NCBI RefSeq assembly: GCF_001194135.2
Contig: NC_068986.1
Span: 67,854,442 to 67,895,516, forward strand
Reading direction: 5' to 3'
DNA length: 41,075 bases
DNA from: Octopus bimaculoides
Taxonomy: Eukaryota
Numbering within the stretch: position 1 is the stretch's first letter; every line of letters begins with the position of its first letter. Below the pieces are notes generated by a model, which worked only from the letters and a program-made list of their open reading frames with translations, was not told where the DNA came from and ran no database searches. The translations under genes and the position numbers were made by a program. Below, piece by piece: positions 36,231-41,075 of the stretch.

Positions 36231-36908
36231 GAAAATCTGTCAAGTTTAGTTTTCATCGACATAGCTTTAATACGTCCTTGAGTGACGATTATATGCATTG
36301 AAGAAATGTTATTCTGTCTCTTGGTATCAACGTATTTTCGTCCAGTCCTACAATTCTATAACAGTCATGAAAGGACTTGTGTCTATCCTTGTTTATTTTG
36401 TTTTCTATTGCTTTTCAGATTATGTAAAAGCATTTAATGAGATTAGAAAAAGAATTTAATGATTTTGATATTATGTTTACAATTTGCATTATCGTAGCAG
36501 AAATTATCTGTAATATTCTTGTTATATTTTTGTTCTTTATTACTTTTAAAATTATGTCAAACAAAAAGACCTTCTCTCATATTTAATCAAACATTCAAAA
36601 TATCTAATTAGGGTTGTAATCGGTAAGGAAATATCAATCACTGTGTTTGTTATATACTGTATTTTGAAATTATGCGCACACATCTTTCTAATATTTTGAA
36701 ATCAAATAAATTTTGGACATTTTCATTTTTCTCTTTTTAGCTTCTCCTATATTTTTATGGATCTATAACCGTCTCAGTATGCGTGTGTGTGTGTCTGTAT
36801 GTGTGTGTGTGAAGATATGTATATAATACATGGCGTATATCTATCTATATATCAATATCAATCTATTTATATGTATTCACAAACATGTTTCGTATACATA
36901 TGCATACA

Positions 36909-38009
36909 TTTATTGTGTTTGGGGAGAGTCATTCTCGTTTAGTGCATTTTAATTTAACGCACTCACCGGTCTGATTTCCACTCAATAACTTATTTATTTT
37001 TACTAAAATTTTCGTTGTGTCTTGCAACCTTTTCAATAATCGTTGACTCTGTCCCTTATCGGAACAGCGTTCTTTTTTTCTGAGCCCATGCGTGTACATC
37101 AGTGTGCGTGCGCATACACATATGCATGCATGTATGTATGTATGTATGTATGTACGCATGTATGTATGTACGCATGTATGCGTGTGTGTACGCATATATA
37201 TGTATGCTTGTGTGCACGTTTGTATGTATGTACTCTGCATGTATGTGTGTAAGCATGTATGCATGTATGTATGCATGCCCGTGTGTGTATGTATGTGTGT
37301 GCATGTATGTGTGTGTGAATGCGTATATATATTAAGAATGCATGTGTGCACGTTTGTATGTATTCTGCATATCCATGTGCTTATGTGTTCATGTTTGTGT
37401 TTGTGTGTGTGTGCTTATGCTTATGTTTGTGTGTCTGTATGTGTGTGCGTGTGCCTCTGTCTCCTTGTGTGTGCCTGTTTGTGTGTGTCTGTGTATGGGT
37501 CTGGGCTTGTATGGGTTTGAGTATTGGGGTTTGACACGTTCTATGTACATTTCCTATTTAGTAGTGGGGATGTTTGATTAATGAGGACATACTCTTGTAC
37601 TTGTCTGAGTACGTCTTTATCGTATAGTCACACAAACCCTTACAAACCCAAACACATACAAACACAAACCCATAAACAGGTACAAACAGGCACACACCAG
37701 GAGACAGAGGTACACACATAGATACACACACACGCATATACACATACACACACACACATACAAACACACAAACATAAACACAAACACACACACACAGACA
37801 CACCAACACACACACACACAAACACAAACATGAACACACAAGCACATGGCTATGAAGAATACATACATACAAACGTGCACACATGCATATATATTTTTAT
37901 GCATACAAACACACATACATTTATACATACATACATATACACATGCAGACATACATGCATACACACGTACATACAGAGTACATACATACATACAAACGTG
38001 CACACAAGA

Positions 38010-38092
<83 letters not shown>

Positions 38093-38341
38093 TACACACA
38101 CATACATACATATACATACATAAATGCATATGTGTATGCGCACGCACACTGACGCATACGCATGCGCACAAAAAAAAGAACGCAATTCCGATAATGGACA
38201 TAGTCAACGACTATTGAAATGGTTGCAAGACGCAACAAAAATTTTAGTAAAAATAAATAAGTTAATGAGTAGAAATCAAACCGGTAAGTGTGTTAAATTA
38301 AAAGGCCCTAAACGAGAATGGCTCTCCCCAGACACAATAAA
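36909..38341. mobile_element. ~1.43 kb foldback/MITE-like palindrome (arms ~36909-37510 and ~37630-38341)
   Basis: About 200 bp of unique outer sequence plus internal microsatellite mosaics are mutual reverse complements (roughly 85-90% by eye); spacer ~120 bp. Confidence 0.85.
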
Positions 38342-38527
38342 ATATACTTCATCTCACGAATTCACATAAAGGATCTTGCAAACTAAATACAAAAACGAAA
38401 TATATGCATACATTTATGGCTATACGTGTAAATGGCTTTATACATGTATGTGCATATCATGTTTGGGTATTCATGTGTATGTACGACTATATAAACACAT
38501 GTCTGTATAAATGCGTATATGTGTTTA

Positions 38528-38748
38528 TCTTTTACTTGCTTCACTCTTTATGTTGTGGCCATTCTGGAGCATCATCTTGACGAATTATTCGATCAGGGCG
38601 GAAATACACCAACACCGGTTGTCAAGCGATGGTGGGGACAAACACTGACACAAAGGTACACACACACATACACACATACACACACACATACAGACAGACG
38701 CACACATATATATATATGTGTGTGTGTGTGTGTATATGTGTGCATATA

Positions 38749-38806
<58 letters not shown>

Positions 38807-38971
38807 CATAAGCCGGGCTTCTTTCAGTTTCCGTCCAGCAAATCCCCTCGCAAGGCCGTGGTTTACCCGAGGTTATAGTAGAAGACACTCGCCCAAGGTG
38901 CCAAGCAGTAGGATTGAACCCGGAACCGTGTGTTTGGGAAGCGAACTTCTGACCACACACCCATGTATGCG
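38528..38971 (-). mobile_element. SINE family 3 (CORE-like) with expanded internal (TA)n
   Basis: Head, ACCTTGGGCGAG and tail homologous to 26361-26692. Confidence 0.8.
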
Positions 38972-39939
38972 CTTAGCAAAACTTGTGGCTATCAATATAT
39001 ACGTGATTGGTTACATATACGCTTGGTTGACAGTGCTAAGTATGAACCGCATGTGAACTTATTCTAATATCTCTGGAATATTCAAAATTAAATCAAATTG
39101 CTCTTCAATTAGTTAACTATTGGTACATACAATTTCATATCATCTACCAAGTTCTCTGCATTTTTTTTGCAATCTATGGTGTTTCATGTGTCTTTTTATC
39201 AAGACTGAAACGTAAATTGAAGTACCAAATACCAAATGTTGGTTAAGGATTGGAATGACAGCCGCCAGTGGTTTGAAGCTTTGGCAAATTGTAAAACAGT
39301 CCATTCTTTTTTACCCCTAGTTTGCTCATATGTCATAATATTGTTGGTGACACTATGATCCCGTACAATTCAAGCAGACTGTCTGTCTGTCTGTCTGTCT
39401 GCCTGTCTGTCTGTGTGTATGTATGTCTGTATGTATGTATGTATGTATGAATTTATGTATGTATGTATGTATGTGTGTATGTATGTATATATGTATGTAT
39501 GTATGTATGCATGTATGTATGTGTCTGTATGTGTTTGTCTATGTGTGTCTGCGCGCGTTTGTGTTCATATGTATGTGTGTTTAAATGTATTTACTTGCCT
39601 ATGAATCTTCATATGGGTTAATTTTGCAACTTTCTCAATTGAGAAATATCTGCTTTCTAACCCATACAACGTTCTTTCATTAGCAAAATTGAAATATATG
39701 CTAAACGAAGTTGGCATATATATTCAATGTTGTGAGCATTCGCATAAGTGCTTCTATGAGTTACATTTTCCCAGTACAGTTTCAGATTCTAAGTTTACTG
39801 GAGAATATTATCTATGCGATTCTGGAAAATAGTGAACTTTTAGAAAAATATATTTTTTAGGAAAAAAAATGTTATTTGTCATGACAGTGAAGCTATATAA
39901 AAATAAATATGATCACTTTAGTGTGGAATTGAATACATG

Positions 39940-40300
39940 TGAGAAGAATATATTTCGGTCCCTACTTCATTCTTAACTAAAGGACAAGTCACTTCAACTC
40001 TATATTATACACGTATCAATATGCTGAGAAATTTGTATTTCAGCGTTAAATCTCTGGCTCTACGCTGGTGAATTACTTGTCTCTTCCTAAGATGAGCGTA
40101 AACATCATCACACGTGTAGAAAATAAATTGTAAGAAGAATTTATCTTTATTTTCCGAAAGAAAAAAAAGATGCGAGTAAAGAACACAGATGTTTTGAACA
40201 ATGACATTCTGACCTCCATATGTGTCGGGTTTATTTACACGGAAGCTATTCATGGCCATCTCAGAAAGCAAACAACTAGCTCGTGTACAAGAATGTAACC
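39940..40300 (-). mobile_element. Possible decayed Penelope-like 3' end
   Basis: ORF 40005-40271 weakly resembles the PLE GIY-YIG C-terminus and is followed by a hammerhead-like AUGA..GAAA-UAUA-UUC remnant. Confidence 0.3.
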
Positions 40301-40639
40301 ACTTTTCTCCACGGGGCTGAACCCTAAAAAGGTAAGAAAACTACGAAAACAATGATAGAAATTCTAATATAACGATGAACTGCTATATCCTGAGGGCAAA
40401 AAGAAGAATGAAAATCAAAATAAGTAAATCCTTCACAATGTTATTCACTTCCACTGTAAACATATCTGATTCACATTTCTGTAGCTACACCGCTATTACA
40501 ACTGACGTTTTGTAGTACTCGCTTTTATTCATAAAATATATGCCTTTCTTTTTTTTTAAAGACGATAGGTTATAAATTATAACAGAGCTGGCTACCTTTT
40601 CTAGCAGGTTGGCCGAACACCTAAACAAACACACGCACA

Positions 40640-40927
40640 TATATTTGTATGTATGTATGTATGTATGTATGTATGTATGTATGTGTGTGTGTATATGTGT
40701 GTGTTTATGTATATGTATACATAAATATGTGTATATCTATCTACCTATCTTTATAGAGAGAGAAAGAGAGTAAGAGAGAGATGTATAATCATGTGTATAT
40801 ATACATTTGTATATATTTACTTGTATATGAATACATTTCTTTATACATATATGCATATCTCTCTCTATATATCAGTCTCGCTCTCTCTCTCTCTCTCTCT
40901 CTCGCTCTCACTCTCGCTCCCTCTCTT

Positions 40928-40968
<41 letters not shown>

Positions 40969-41075
40969 CCCTATCTCACTCTATCTCTCTCTCTCACACT
41001 CTCTCTCTCTCTCACACTCTCTCTCTCTCACTCACACACTCTCTCTCTCTCACACACACTCTCTCTCTCACACGC
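40640..41075. repeat. (TATG)n, (CT)n and (CA)n microsatellite mosaic
   Basis: Seen directly. Confidence 0.95.

Overview
AT-rich eukaryotic DNA made almost entirely of transposon remnants and microsatellites, with a 780-N assembly gap at 9978-10757. The repeat types suggest an Octopus-like cephalopod (inference). No host protein-coding gene, tRNA or CRISPR array can be supported, and most long ORFs are microsatellite translations. Mobile DNA seen: an APE-type LINE (CR1/L2 group), several R4/Dong-like RLE LINEs ending in (TACA)n or (TAA)n, Tx1/L1 and RTE fragments, two mariner derivatives, a Chapaev3 transposon with TTA TSD, two very decayed Helitron helicase remnants, Penelope GIY-YIG fragments, three tRNA-derived SINE families, a 5S rRNA pseudogene and three long inverted-repeat structures. 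Highlights: (1) a Penelope-type minimal hammerhead ribozyme at 35181-35214 (minus) whose two core changes turn the C3-G8 pair into A3-U8; (2) (TTA)n arrays holding SINEs and Dong-like LINEs in consistently opposite orientation; (3) a 3' UTR motif shared by five divergent RLE LINE ends; (4) a possible 5S-plus-tRNA composite SINE; (5) an RTE ending in three C2H2 fingers. All alignments and identities were done by eye.
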